Below are positions 1 to 11,269 of a DNA stretch of 64,000 nucleotides, piece by piece. The notes under the pieces are model-generated. The model did no database searches. It was given only the letters and a program-made list of their open reading frames with translations, and was not told where the DNA came from. Positions within the stretch are counted from its first letter, which is position 1, and the number at the start of each line of letters is the position of its first letter. The DNA comes from Hyaloraphidium curvatum SAG 235-1 (taxonomy: Eukaryota > Fungi > Monoblepharomycota). The stretch lies in contig JAIVFI010000006.1 of assembly GCA_025558095.1 (NCBI GenBank), positions 1 through 64,000 of the forward strand, read 5' to 3'. The position numbers and the translations under genes were made by a program.

Positions 1-132
1 GGCAGCAGCATGCAGTGTATCCTTTGGAATTCATCTCCCGGGACCTCGGCCGCCCGACGTTGACCGCAATCCGCGGAGGGTTTCCCCGCCCGGCCCTCGG
101 CCGACCGCGTCCCTCTAACCACGCGCCTCACC

Positions 133-1025
133 ATGCCCACCGCCCTCGCCCCGCCCTCCCCCGAATCCGAGCCGCTGATCTCCCGCGCGGACCTCGACGC
201 CCTCGCCGCGCGCGTCTCGGCGGCCGTGCCCGACGCCATCGAGGTGCCGGCGGTGTTCGCCGGGAAGGCCGTCGGGCGGCTGTTCGCGGGCTTCGGCGCG
301 TTCCTCTCCCGCGGGGTGGGCACACCGACGCGTCCAACAAAATGAAACGCGTGCTGACGCGTCGCTCGGGGGCAGAACGTGGTCGACCTCGCCATCGGCG
401 TCATCATCGGCGCGTCGTTCCAGAGCATGGTCCGCTCGCTGGTCGACGACATCTTCTCGCCCGTGCTCGGCCTCATCTCCGGCGTCGGTCTTCCGCCGCA
501 CTCTCCCCGCCCATTTCTGACCCCAGTTCCCCCCGCCCGGGCAGTCCTCGCTCTCCAACAACTTTGCCGTCATCCGCCCAGGCGTCTCGGGGAACCGCAC
601 ATACAACACCCCGCACCAGGCGAGCGAGGACGGCGCGGTGGCGCTCAAGTGGGGCTCGTTCGTGCAGTGCGTGGTCCTTTCGCGCACGGACGCGCCCCCG
701 TCGGCCGGCTGACCGCCGCCAGAACGACGATCAACTTCCTCCTCGTCGGCCTCGTCCTGTTCCTCCTGTCGCGGGCGATGCAGGGCGCCGAGGCCGCCAA
801 AGATGCGCTGATCGAGGACGACCCGGAGGCGCCGGCGTTCAAGGAGTGCGGGATGTGCCTGGAGCTGGTGAAGGGGCAGGCCAAGGTGGGTGGCGGATGG
901 CGGTAAGGCGGCACCAGGCGGCTGATGCGGGTGGGGGAAAGGCTTGCAGGCATTGCGGGCACAGGTTCGACGGTGGAGGGGAGAACAGGAGGCCCGGGGA
1001 CCTGGAGGCGGGGACGGCGCGATGA
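133..1025 (+). CDS. mscL: Large-conductance mechanosensitive channel MscL-family protein with C-terminal CxxC...CxxC zinc-ribbon (5 exons; introns ~316-375, 484-544, 667-722, 886-941)
   Basis: The spliced product reads F-x-x-F-LSRG|[32 protein letters not shown] (MscL S1/TM1 signature), then [22 protein letters not shown] (TM2), then KECGMC...KACRHCGH. All four introns are GT-AG and restore the frame. Confidence 0.9.
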
Positions 1026-1075
1026 CGGGCTCACAGCATCGCATGGGGAACGTGCACCGGCCCGCGGTCCCCGAA

Positions 1076-3376
1076 CTAAACCGGCCCCGTCGCCCCCACG
1101 ATCTTGCCCAGCTCCTCCGCGACCGTCGCAAACGCCGGCCGCTTCCCCGGGTCCTGGTCCCAGCACCGCACCACCAACCCCCACAGCGCGTCCGGCACCC
1201 CCTCCGGCCTCGGGGGCCTCGTGCCCAGCACCGCGGCATTGTAGAGCACCTGCGATGCACAGCGCGTCAGCCCCGCACCGGATGTAGTACGCACCGGAAC
1301 ACCCACCACCGCCGGGTTCCCCAGGTCCTCGAAGGGGTACTTCCCCCCGCTGAGCACCTCGTAGCACACCATCGCGAACGCGTACACGTCCGCCGGCTTG
1401 CCCAGCGGGTGGCCTGCGACCATCTCGGGGGCGAGGAACCCCGGGGTGCCGCTGACGTGCCCGCCGACGGTGCCGGCGGTGGACCGGCCGACCTCGGACC
1501 GCACGCGGGAGAGGCCAAAGTCCGCGATAAGGGATTTGCCCCCGTCAACAAGCACGTTGAGGGACTTCAGATCGCCGTGGAGGATGCCGAGGCCGTGGAG
1601 GTAGACCATCCCGCGGGCGACGTCGAGGAGGAGGCGCAGGCCTGCGTCGCGGGGCCAAGAGCGCGCGGAGAGGTATTTGCGCAGGTTGCCGTCGGGGACG
1701 TAGTCGGTAACCATCATCGGCGGGTCGGCGGAGTATGCCATGAGGGGAAGGACTGCCAACACGGAACGTCAGCCGGCTCGCCGGAAGCCGTCGCGTATCG
1801 GCCACCACCCACCGTTCCGCTGAACCAACCCCTCCCACGTCCCGACCTCCCTGAAGAACGCCTGCATCACCTTGTCGTCCGCCTCCCCCTTCAACGACTT
1901 GACCGCTACCGGGATCGTCCCCCGCAGCAAGCCCTGGTGCACCACGCCGAAGCTCCCCTCGCCGATCTTCTTGTCCCGGAGGACGGTGATCTCGGAGGCG
2001 GGAACGAGGAGCTTCGAGACGTGGGGGGGTTGCGGGGGGGAGGAGGTGGAGGTGGGGTCGGTGGCGGAGCGCGCGGGGGTCGGGGACGAGGCCGCGGCGG
2101 CCACAACGAGCACCGAAGCCGCCGCGGCCGCTTGGGCCGCCGGGGTCGCCAGGGGCGGAGGAGCAGGCAACGCTGCCGGCGCCATCACATCGTGTGCCGC
2201 CGCCGCCCCGTGGCGCTCCCACGGTACCTCCGATCCCGGGCCCAGATCCTCCACCGCGGCGTCGAGGTACGGCACCGACGGCGCGGCCGTGTTCCAGGGC
2301 ACCGAAGCCGAGCCGGCGGCCGCGACTCCGGCCGGGATGGCGAGCGAGGCGGTCGGCGCGGCGGGCACGGGCGGCGGGACCGGCAGCGACGGCGGCGCGG
2401 CGTTGAACACCTCCACCGTCGACTTTGCCCCGGGGTCGTCCGTCGGGACGGTGTAGTTTGGGTTGCCCTTTGCAGCCTCCGCCTCGCGCGCGCGCTTCCG
2501 CCACCAGAAGAAGAGCCCGGCCAGCAGCCCAAGGGCAACGACCCCGCCGAGGACGCCGCCGACGATGGCGCCGATGTTGGGCCCCGCGGGAGGTGGGGGA
2601 GGGGGCGGGGCCGGCGGGGCGACGGGGAAGGCCATGATCTGGCCGGGAACGTTGGGTAGGCATTGGAAGTAGCGGGTGAAGTTGCGGTTCACTGTGGGCA
2701 GGGCTGCACGATCAGAGTGGGGAAGCGGGCCGAGCGCCCGACCCACAGGAGGCGTCGTAGAAGGGCAGGCAGACCCCCAGCTGTGTCTGCACCGGGGCCA
2801 GGGTGGACGCAACGGTGCACGCGGCGTCGGTGAAGTAGTTGAGCACCGCGTTGGTGGGGTTGCAGGAGAGCACGCCGTATTGGTTCGTGCCTGTGCCCAG
2901 CGGAACGCAGGTCCGGGCGAGGCTGGCGGTGCCGGCGTAGACGGAGGTGCCCGAAGTACAGGTGGTGCTGGTGGTGGCCTGCCAGTACGAGGCCGCGAGG
3001 TACGTCGACTGATGTGGCGGGGAAGGGGCCCGGAGTCAGCGGGTCATGGGAGCGCACCCCGCCGACCCACGGTGGTGTTCCCGAGCGCGAATCCCGCGGC
3101 GTCCGGGAAGCACGCCCGCGAGCCGTCCCAGTTGGGCAGCCCGGGGTTGATCCCGGCGGCGCACTGCACGGCGGGGCACGAGTCGACGACGAGGAGGTCC
3201 TGCCCGAGGGGCGTGCCGCCGCACGACTCGCCGCGGGGGAAATACGTGATCTGGCTGACCACGCTGGCCGCCGCGGGGCACACCAGGGTCGCCGGAAGGG
3301 CGAGGAGGAGGAGAAGTGCCGGGACCGCTGTTCGTCGCGCCCGGCGAAGCGGGGGTTCGGGCCGTCGGCCGCCCAT
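1076..3376 (-). CDS. Single-pass receptor-like TKL protein kinase RLK1 (signal peptide, Cys-rich ectodomain, poly-Pro, TM, non-RD kinase); multi-exon
   Basis: Features in order: signal-like ALLLLLALPATLVCPAAA, Cys-rich ectodomain, PPAPPPPPPP, TM GAIVGGVLGGVVALGLLAGLFFWW followed by RKR stop-transfer. Kinase motifs are GEGSFG, VAVK, HGDLKSLN, DFG, APE and DVYAF. Introns are ~3009-3070 and others with GT-AG ends. Confidence 0.9.
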
Positions 3377-4240
3377 CGCGGAGCCCGCGGGGCAAGCACG
3401 GAGGAGAGTGCCTCAGGCGAGGAGGTCGGGTGCCGCTCTTGGCCCTCAGAAGCAGCAGTTGGCTGCACGATGTCGTGAGTCAGGAAGATTGGGGGACCTC
3501 GCAAGGGATCGGGCAGGGTCCAAGCGTCCCAATTCGCACCCGAGTGTCGTTGCCGGGATAACCGACCTGGCCCCGTCCCTCGCCCGCCTCCAGAGCGGCC
3601 GTCCTAGAAGCCGTGCCGGGCGGGGCGCTGTCTCACGAAGTTTGTCGGTCGGCACCCGGTGGCGCCGGCCCGTTGCGCCGCGGCTCCCGACCCCCCGCAT
3701 CCCGGTAGATGGCGTCAGCTCACTCAATGAGGACACCGGTGCGGAGACGAGGGAGACGACTCCCAGCAAGCACCGGGAGCCCGCATCCCGCTCGGCGCCG
3801 GCTCCCTCCGAAGCCGCCCGTCCGGCTCCCGGCCTCCAGATGCGCGTGCAAAGGTATTCTCTTGCCCAAGCGCTCTTGGGCGGGAGCACCGCGGGAAGCC
3901 GGCGCCAGCTAGATTCTCCTGTCGGCCGTCTCGCGGCGGCGTGCATGCTCCCTGCGGCTCCGGCTCCCACGGCAAGCTGCAGGAACGCTCCCCTTCCCGT
4001 CCGATGCTTGCAAGCAATTGGCCTGCCCCGATCGACCGCCCCGGCGCCGGCACGGCAAGCGACTCAAAGACTCGCGGCGCGTACCGCGAGCCCGCGTCGG
4101 CCGCCGCGCCGGCTCCGTCCCGCAGTCTCCTCGGCTGCGAAGCGCACGCAAAAGGCTTTCGAAATGGTAGTGTTGGCGGTGCCGGCAAACCGCCTCCCGA
4201 AGGACTCTCGTCTCTGGCGGGAGCTCCGCGGCGGGGCGCG

Positions 4241-5705
4241 ATGCCGGCTCCTTCCCGGTTCATCCTCGCGTGCCGGGCCAAGCGGTCCGAGGTGGTCTCG
4301 GCGCTGCTCCGCCGGGCAGACAGGGTCGACGTGATGCGGAGGAACAAGGCCGGGGAGACAGGGGTGGATGTTGCCCGTGCCGTGCGGGAGGCGGAGGCCG
4401 AGGCCGCGAGGGTCGCGGAGGAAGAGAGGAGGCGCGCGGAGGAGGAGCGCCTGAAGAAGGAGGCCGAGGTCGCGGCTTTCGCACGCGCGCTGGCGGAACT
4501 GGGATTGCACGCCGACGATAGGGACGGCGGGCCGGTGGAGGTGCCGCCACAAGCTCTCGCAGCTCCCGTCGGCGGGGCCGCGGGGCGCGCGGACAGCGCA
4601 TTTGAGCCGAGCACGAACCCGCCCCTCGGTCGCGTCCCCGACGCCCCCGCGCCTTCGCCTGCACCCGCACCCCCACCTCCCGTCGAGCGGCCCAGCGCAA
4701 CCAGCAGCTACGAAATCGACCCGAAGCACCTGCAACAGGGCGGCTTCCTCGGTCGGGGCGGCTTTGGGATGGTCATGGAAGGGACCTACCAGAAGCACAC
4801 CAAGGTCGCGCTCAAGATGATCAACGACGGCGCCGGGCTCTCGGGACGGCAGCTGCAGAAGGCCGTCGCGGGGCTGGAGCAGGAGATGGAGGTGTGGTCG
4901 CGGCTGCCGTACCACGCGAACGGTGGGTTGTCGCACGCCGAGCTGCTGGTCTGCCATTTCGCTCACCCCGTGTTCGACAGTGCTGCCGCTGATGGGATGG
5001 TGCCGCGAGCCCCTTTGCCTAGTCACGTTGCTCATGTCGGGCGGCACGGCCAAGCGGTACCTCGGCGGCCTCCGCCCGACGCCCTGGGAACCGCGTGCCG
5101 TGCACCGCCTTTTGTTCCAGGTGGCCCTGGGGATGCACCACCTGCACTCGCGGCCGACACCGATCCTGCACGTCGATCTCAAGGGCGACAACATCCTCGT
5201 GGACGAGAATGGCGTGGCCAAGGTTTCGGACTTCGGGATGTCGAGGATCCGCGCGACGGCGTCGCTGCAGTCGACGAAAGGGCAGGGCGGCACGCCCATG
5301 TACATGGCCCCGGAACGTGGTTCACCTGGCGGCGCGATAGCAGCGACCACACTGACCGGCGGCCCCGCCTCCGCAGTGTTCGTCCGCCCCCGCCCCAAAC
5401 CGGGCACGCCCACCGACGTCTACGCCTTCGGCATGACCATGTGGGAGCTCCTCTCCGAAGGCGACACGCCCCTCCTGGACGAGATCATGGACGAGGACAT
5501 GATGCTCCCCGGCCGCGGCGGCATCGACATGGAGCTCTTCGGCGCGCGCGTGCGGGACGACCCCGAGTTCAGGCCCAGGCGGCCCGACGGGTGCAACGGC
5601 GCGGCGTGGGAGCTGATGAGGAGGTGCTGGGCGGCGGACGCGGCGAGCAGGCCGGGGTTCGGGGAGATCGCGGACGAGCTGCAGCGGATCGTGGCGTCGC
5701 TTTGA
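4241..5705 (+). CDS. N-terminally truncated (LRR-less) ANK-remnant/coiled-coil/TKL kinase, copy E (introns 4923-4980, 5317-5376)
   Basis: An ATG at 4241 is in frame with FILACRAKRSEVV (partial ankyrin) and an E/R/A coiled coil. Kinase motifs are GRGGFG, VALK, HVDLKGDN, DFG, APE and DVYAFG. Homology to copies A/B starts abruptly at ~4257. Expression is unproven. Confidence 0.7.
4257..4826 (+). repeat. 570-bp inverted repeat, left arm (pairs with 7880-8449)
   Basis: Reverse complement of 7880-8449. Near-identical from ~4390 to 4826 with only isolated substitutions seen. Similarity ends right after AAGATGATCAACG. Confidence 0.9.
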
Positions 5706-5889
5706 TGCGGGCTTGCCCTTTGGCGTTGGAGCATTGCATGGAGTATTGTTACGATGCTTACTTTATGAAGCTTTCCACTATTAACGAGGAGAGGGAGCGG
5801 GTCGAGGGCGGGCTGGTGCCGGGAACTTCCATCGCCCCGGCCCCCGACGCGTGTCTCCCCCCGTGACCCTACGAATCCAACCTGCCGCC

Positions 5890-6829
5890 ATGCCGACCGC
5901 CAGCAACGCCGCCGTCAACCTCGTGTACGAGGTCCACGAACCCGCCCCCGGCGCACCCCCGCTCGGCGCGCTCCTGCTCCTCCCCGGCCTAGCGTGCTCC
6001 CTCGCCCTCTGGGACCCCGCGTTCCTCGGCCGCCTCACTCAATCGGGGTTCCGCGTGGTGGCGATGAACAACCGCGGCGCGGGCGGATCGACGCGCCCGG
6101 CGGGGAAGTGGACGCTGGGGGAGATGGCACGGGACTGCGCGGCGGTGCTCGACGCCGCCGGCGAACGGCGGGCCGCCGTCCTCGGGCACTCGATGGGGGG
6201 CATGGTGGCCATGCGGTTCGCGTGCGACTTTCCGGGGCGCGTCTCCTCCCTCCTGGTCCTCGGCGCGGGGGCGGGTGCAAAGTACGCGAAGTCGCCGGGG
6301 GCCGCGCTGGCGGGGTACTTCCTCGCGCTGCAGGCGTGCTCGTGGCTGCACCCCTGGGCATCCTGGGCCTCTTCCTCCGCGGGCGCATGGGTGCGCGACG
6401 CGGAGCGCGGGACGATCCAGAAGATGTTCGCGGCCATCTCGGTCTCCTCCGCGAACCCAGGCGGGGCGGCGGCCAACGCGGGGGAGCTCTGGGCGAGGCA
6501 CTGGGAACGCGCGGGGGACGGCCCGGCACTGAGCGAAGGCCAGGTGTGGGCGACCTATGTGGATCTGCTGGAGGACGTCAGGAAGCTATCGTGCCCGGCG
6601 GCGGTGGTGTGCGGGACGGAGGACTGCTTCCAGCCGAAAGAGGCGATCGAGGCATTGCACGGGGCGATCCCGGGGTCTGAGCTCGTGTGGCTGGAAGGGT
6701 GGGCTCCCGCGGAGTCGCTCCGCGGCGGGGTTTGGCTAACTGGCCCCCAGGTACAACCACTGGTACCCGCCCGACGTATGGGTCCGGATCGCCGAGATCG
6801 CGGCGCGCACTGCCGAGCGCGGCAGATAA
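5890..6829 (+). CDS. Alpha/beta-hydrolase fold protein, copy 1 (intron 6699-6750)
   Basis: Motifs are LLLLPGL (oxyanion region), NNRGAGGS, nucleophile GHSMGG, acid in GTEDC and His in GYNHW after splicing. Confidence 0.88.
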
Positions 6830-7012
6830 AGTCCGCCACGTGTCTATCATGACCTGTAATGTATCGGTATATTCTGTGTCGCGGGCTCCTATATGCTAGG
6901 CGCCAGACGACGCGTTTCTTCTAGAAGGAGTCAAAGGAGCTATTTTTCGTTCAGAAGAAGGGTCGACGGAGAACGTTTTGCCCACAAAGTACACGGCAAA
7001 CGCTCTCGAGCT

Positions 7013-9452
7013 TCACAGCGCATCGAGGATCCGCTTCATCTCGTCCGCAACCTCCCCGAACCCCGGCCTCGCCGCCGCATCCATCGCCCAGCACCTCTGC
7101 ATCAGCGCCCACGTGGCGTCCGGGATCCCCCGCGGCCGCTCGGGCCGGAAGTCGGGGTCGCTCCGGATGCGCGGCTTGAACTCCTCGAAGTCGATGCCGT
7201 GCCCGGGGATGATCATGCCCTCGTCCAGGAGCTCCTGCATGAGCGGGGTCTTGCCCTCGGAGAGGAGCTCCCACATGGTCATGCCGAAGGCGTAGACGTC
7301 CGTCGCGGTGCCCGGTGTCGGCCTGGGCTTCCTGAAAGCTGCCGGACGTGGGTGAGCAAAAGGGAAACTGCCCGAAACACCGGGTACACTCACACTCGGG
7401 GGCCATGAACACCGGCGTCCCTCCACCCGAGATGGTCGAGCGAAGCGAGGCCGTGGTCCTGATCTTGGCCAGCCCGAAATCGGATATCTTCGCCACGCCG
7501 TTCTCGTCCACCAGCACGTTCTCGCCCTTGAGGTCGAGGTGCAGGATCGGCGTCGGCAGCGAGTGCAGGTGGTTCATCCCGAGCGCGACCTGGAACAGCA
7601 GGCGGTGCACCGCGCGGATCTCCCACGGCGTTGGCTTGAGCTTTCGGAGGTAGTCCTTGGCGGTGCCCGCCATGAGCAGCGTGACGAGGCACAGGGGCTT
7701 GCGGCACCATCCCATGAGCGGTAGAACTGCGCGATCGTACCTCGTCAGCTGTTGAAACCCCACAGGCCCGCGCCGGAAGGGCTCACCGTTGACGTGCGGA
7801 GGCAGTCTCCCCCAGACTTCCATCTCCTTGTCAAACTCCGCGATCACACCTCCGCCTTCGAGGTCCGCGGCATCGATCCCGTTGATCATCTTGAGCGCCA
7901 CCTTGGTGTGCTTCTGGTAGGTCCCTTCCATGACCATCCCAAAGCCGCCCCGACCGAGGAAGCCGCCCTGTTGCAGGTGCTTCGGGTCGATTTCGTAGCT
8001 GCTGGTTGCGCTGGGCCGCTCGACGGGAGGTGGGGGTGCGGGTGCAGGCGAAGGCGCGGGGGCGTCGGGGACGCGACCGAGGGGCGGGTTCGTGCTCGGC
8101 TCAAATGCGCTGTCCGCGCGCCCCGCGGCCCCGCCGACGGGAGCTGCGAGAGCTTGTGGCGGCACCTCCACCGGCCCGCCGTCCCTATCGTCGGCGTGCA
8201 ATCCCAGTTCCGCCAGCGCGCGTGCGAAAGCCGCGACCTCCGCCTCCTTCTTCAGGCGCTCCTCCTCCGCGCGCCTCCTCTCTTCCTCCGCGACCCTCGC
8301 GGCCTCGGCCTCCGCCTCCCGCAAGGCTCGGGCAACATCCACCCCAGTCTCGCCCGCCTTGTTCCTCCTCATCACGTCGACCCGATCGGCCCGGCGGAGC
8401 AGCGCCGAGACCACCTCGGCCCGCCTCGCCCGGCACGCGAGGATGAACCCCGTGTCGCCCTGCGCGTCGGCGGCGTCGGCGTCCACCCGCGGATCGCCGA
8501 GAAGGAGCTCGACGCAGGCGAGGTGGCCCGCGTCGCAGGCGAGCATGAACCCGGTACGGTCCTCGGGATCGCAGACGTTGGGGTCCAGGGAGGGATCTGC
8601 GAGGGCAGCGACGACCTTGGTGAGCTCGCCGTCGCGGCAGGCGGAAAAGAAAGCAACGCGAAGGGCAAGCAGGCTCCGCTCTTCCGCCTCGCGGCGCTGA
8701 CGCTCCCGTTCGGCCTCCTGCCGGCGGGCTTCATCCTCGCGCTGCACACGGGCGCGCTCGGCTGCCTCGGCCTCCTGCCGCTTCTTCAGCTGCTCCCTGC
8801 GGGCGGCGGGATTCCGCGCGGCCGTCTCGACCTCCGAACGCAGATTCTCTAGAACGTTGTTTCTGCTAAGGTCGAGTTTTGATAGCGTCGAGTTGTGGGC
8901 GAGCGCCTCCGCAAGCGCGTGGGCGCCCTCGACCCCGATGGAGTTGTTGTCCAGGTACAGGGTCGTCAGCGTTCTGTTGCCCTTCAGCGCCTCGGCGAGC
9001 GCGCGGGCGCCACCGTCCCCGATGGAGTTGGACCCCAGGGACAGTGTCGTCAGCGCCTCGTTGCCCTTCAGCGCCTCGGCGAGCGCGCGGGCGTCCCCGT
9101 CCGAGATGGAGTTGCTGTACAGGTACAGGGTCGTCAGCGTTCTGTTGCCCTTCAGCGCCTCGGCGAGCGCGCGGGCGCCCTCGACCCCGATGGAGTTGCT
9201 GCCCAGGTACAGGGTCGTCAGCGTTCTGTTGCCCTTCAGCGCCTCGGCGAGCGCGCGGGCGCCCCCTTCCCCGATGGAGTTGTTGTGCACGTCGAGGGTC
9301 GTCAGCGTCGAGTTGCCCTTCAGCGCCTCGGCCAGTGCCCGCGCCCCGCTGTCCCCGAGTGACTGCCCGTCGGCATTGAGCACCGTGTTCCCCGCGAGCT
9401 CTTTCCGCCAGTACGCCGCATCGTTCTTCGCGCGGCCGAACAGCTTCTTCAT
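7013..9452 (-). CDS. LRR-ankyrin-coiled-coil-TKL kinase, copy A (introns 7727-7786, 7339-7393)
   Basis: Starts MKKLFGRAK and has 28-aa RI/NLRC3-like LRRs (LAEALKGNxxLTTLxLxxNSIGxxGARA), a coiled coil and ~3 ankyrin repeats (GFMLACDAGHLACVELLL; GDTGFILAC). Kinase motifs are GRGGFG, HLDLKGEN, DFG and APE. No signal peptide or TM. Confidence 0.9.
7880..8449 (-). repeat. 570-bp inverted repeat, right arm (inside copy A; pairs with 4257-4826)
   Basis: Direct sequence comparison with 4257-4826. Confidence 0.9.
8860..9390 (-). repeat. 84-bp coding tandem repeat array (LRR units of copy A: 5 internal units plus degenerate first and last)
   Basis: The recurring + strand block CCCTTCAGCGCCTCGGCGAGCGCGCGGGCG...CCCGATGGAGTTG appears at 84-nt spacing. 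Confidence 0.92.
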
Positions 9453-9507
9453 TGCCGTACAGCGGCGACCCGCGGCGCTCCACGCGGCCCCGCGCGGGAG
9501 GAGACCC

Positions 9508-9526
9508 GACTGACTGACTGACTGAC
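9508..9526 (-). promoter_or_regulatory. (TCAG)n tract upstream of copy A; homologous to putative tandem 3' splice acceptors of a 5'-UTR intron
   Basis: GACTGACTGACTGACTGAC on the + strand. The same element precedes copies B, C and D. In copy A the CTAAC branch-like motif is altered to CTCGC. Confidence 0.45.
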
Positions 9527-10014
9527 GAGCGGGGCGAGGGATTTCCCGTCGCCGCGAGCACCCGCAACTGCCCCCCGCGGCAGACACGCTCCCGACGCGC
9601 CTGCCGATGCCGACACGCGGAGGGACGTGCCCTCATGGCGGAGCTCCCCCGCGGGCCGCTCCCACCGCAGCAGAAGTGCGCGATGCTCACCGTGACGGTC
9701 GCCGTGCGGATGTACGACCTGCGCCCCGAGTCCTTCGTCGCGCTCGGCGAACGCGAGTTCCGCGCCCTGCGAACCTCGCTCGCCGCCTTCCGGGGACTCA
9801 CCTTCAGGTCGCCCCCCACCGCGACCCGCACGTGGCGCCCGTATCTCCTTCGCGGACCCACCGGTCGCGTCGGGCTCGTGGAGCTGCGTCAGGTGTGACT
9901 AAGCTGATGACCCGAACACCGGGTAGCGAGGCGCCGGCAAGCAAAAGTTGATACGTCGAGGCCGATATGAGGACGAGGACATGCAGATGGACGACGATGT
10001 TCGTTCCCCGGACT

Positions 10015-10360
10015 TCAATTCATCAAGTTGCGCCTCCTGCCCAACGAATCGAGACTGTAGCCGTTCCTCCACCTGTGCCTTCTTCCATGTCCCAGCAGCT
10101 CCTCCCGCGCCCTCTTCCACGGAGGACGTCCGCGCCGCGCCCCACTCGCCTCACGCGACGTGGCTCAGCCCGACCCACCTGATCCGCGTCGGGTACCTGC
10201 CACGGACTTGCGTCAGCCCCGCGTACACCTCCTCCGGCAACGAGAAACCCACCTCCCGCACACGGCCAGGTACACGCTCCCCGGGAACCCGCGGATCGAA
10301 GTCCCGCAGTCGACCCCGTTGCGCCGGAACCCGAGCGTGCGCGCGTCCAGGTCGAGGTCG
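10015..10360 (-). pseudogene. Duplicated 3' end (SPRY tail and last exons) of the BTB-SPRY gene at 25363-27919
   Basis: Aligns with ~25363-25705: DLDLDARTLGFRRNGVDCGTSIRGFPGSVYLAV...GYSLDSLGRRRNLMN* versus GYSLDSLSSRRNLMD*. Homology stops abruptly at 10360. Confidence 0.8.
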
Positions 10361-11186
10361 GCACCAGAAGGTCGTGCTCCCGGAGCGTCTTCACGATGCG
10401 GATCCTCCAGTCCGTGCCGGAGCGCAGCTTGATGGGCAGGAACTTCTGATCTTCCAGAGTCTTGACAAACTGATCCCGGTCGGCGAGCGAGCCCTCCGTC
10501 GGGATGAGGTACAACCAGGGGTACCCGTTCGGCCCGAATCGCAGCTTGGCGACCCAGGTGAAGCGGGCGTCCGCGGCCATGCCAAGGCAGGTCTTCAGCA
10601 CCGGCCCCACGAGGCTCTGCGCCATGTGGAGGGACATGTTCTCAGGGCGCCTGCCGAGGTCCAGCGCCACCATGGGCGCATCGTGAAGGCGAGGTAGGTA
10701 CGGCGCCCCCGCGCCGAAGGCGGAGTCGGGGAGCTTCGCGGGAGCACCGCACTTCATGAGGTGCGATTCCTTGAGGAGGGACATGGCCGTCGCCGGTGCG
10801 GCGAAGGAGATGATGCGCGACGTCGGGTTGAGAGTTGCGGCGTAGGTGGGCTGCGCGGGGGGCAGCGTAGGGCCCGCGACCGGGCGGCGGTCGCCGGTGG
10901 CGGCGTTGGGGGCGGGAGCCCCGGCCTGCGCGGCGGCTGCGGCGGCTGCGCTGGCGGGTGCGACAGGCTGCGCGGTTGCAGCGGTCGGCACGGCCGCCTC
11001 AGCCTCGGTCGGCTGCGCGGCGAGGGGTCCCTGAGTGGGGGATCCGGCGGAGGGTTGGGGGACCTTCGCGGCTTCGGGCATCGCGACCCCGGATTCGATC
11101 GAGGTGACTTCGGTCTGCTTGACAGCGCTTGCTGACAGCGCTGCCGCCATGTCCGCCGTCCCGCCAGGGGGAGGGGGGTCGGACAT
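10361..11186 (-). CDS. Orphan ORF (Ala/Pro-rich N-terminus plus ~150-aa globular-looking region), joined out of frame to the SPRY fragment
   Basis: ATG at 11186 (MSDPPPPGG...) opens a stop-free frame with protein-like composition (PTYAATLNPTSRIISF...GYPWLYLIP). No recognised family. Confidence 0.4.
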
Positions 11187-11269
11187 GTTTCGTCTGAATA
11201 GGCTGTTGCAGGGACGTCCATCGACCCAGCCCCGAAGCGTGCCTCCCCACAGAGGATCCGCCACGCGCG

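Noticed and set aside
944-4334. Long Arg/Pro/Gly-rich ORFs (944-2659, 2676-4334 and many similar ones across the window)
   Set aside because: These are shadow ORFs expected at ~70% GC. Most are antisense or out of frame to motif-supported genes and have no recognisable domains.
8860-9390. Regularly spaced repeats with variable inserts resembling a CRISPR array
   Set aside because: The period is exactly 84 nt and in frame, encoding 28-aa LRRs. There are no cas genes and the context is eukaryotic.
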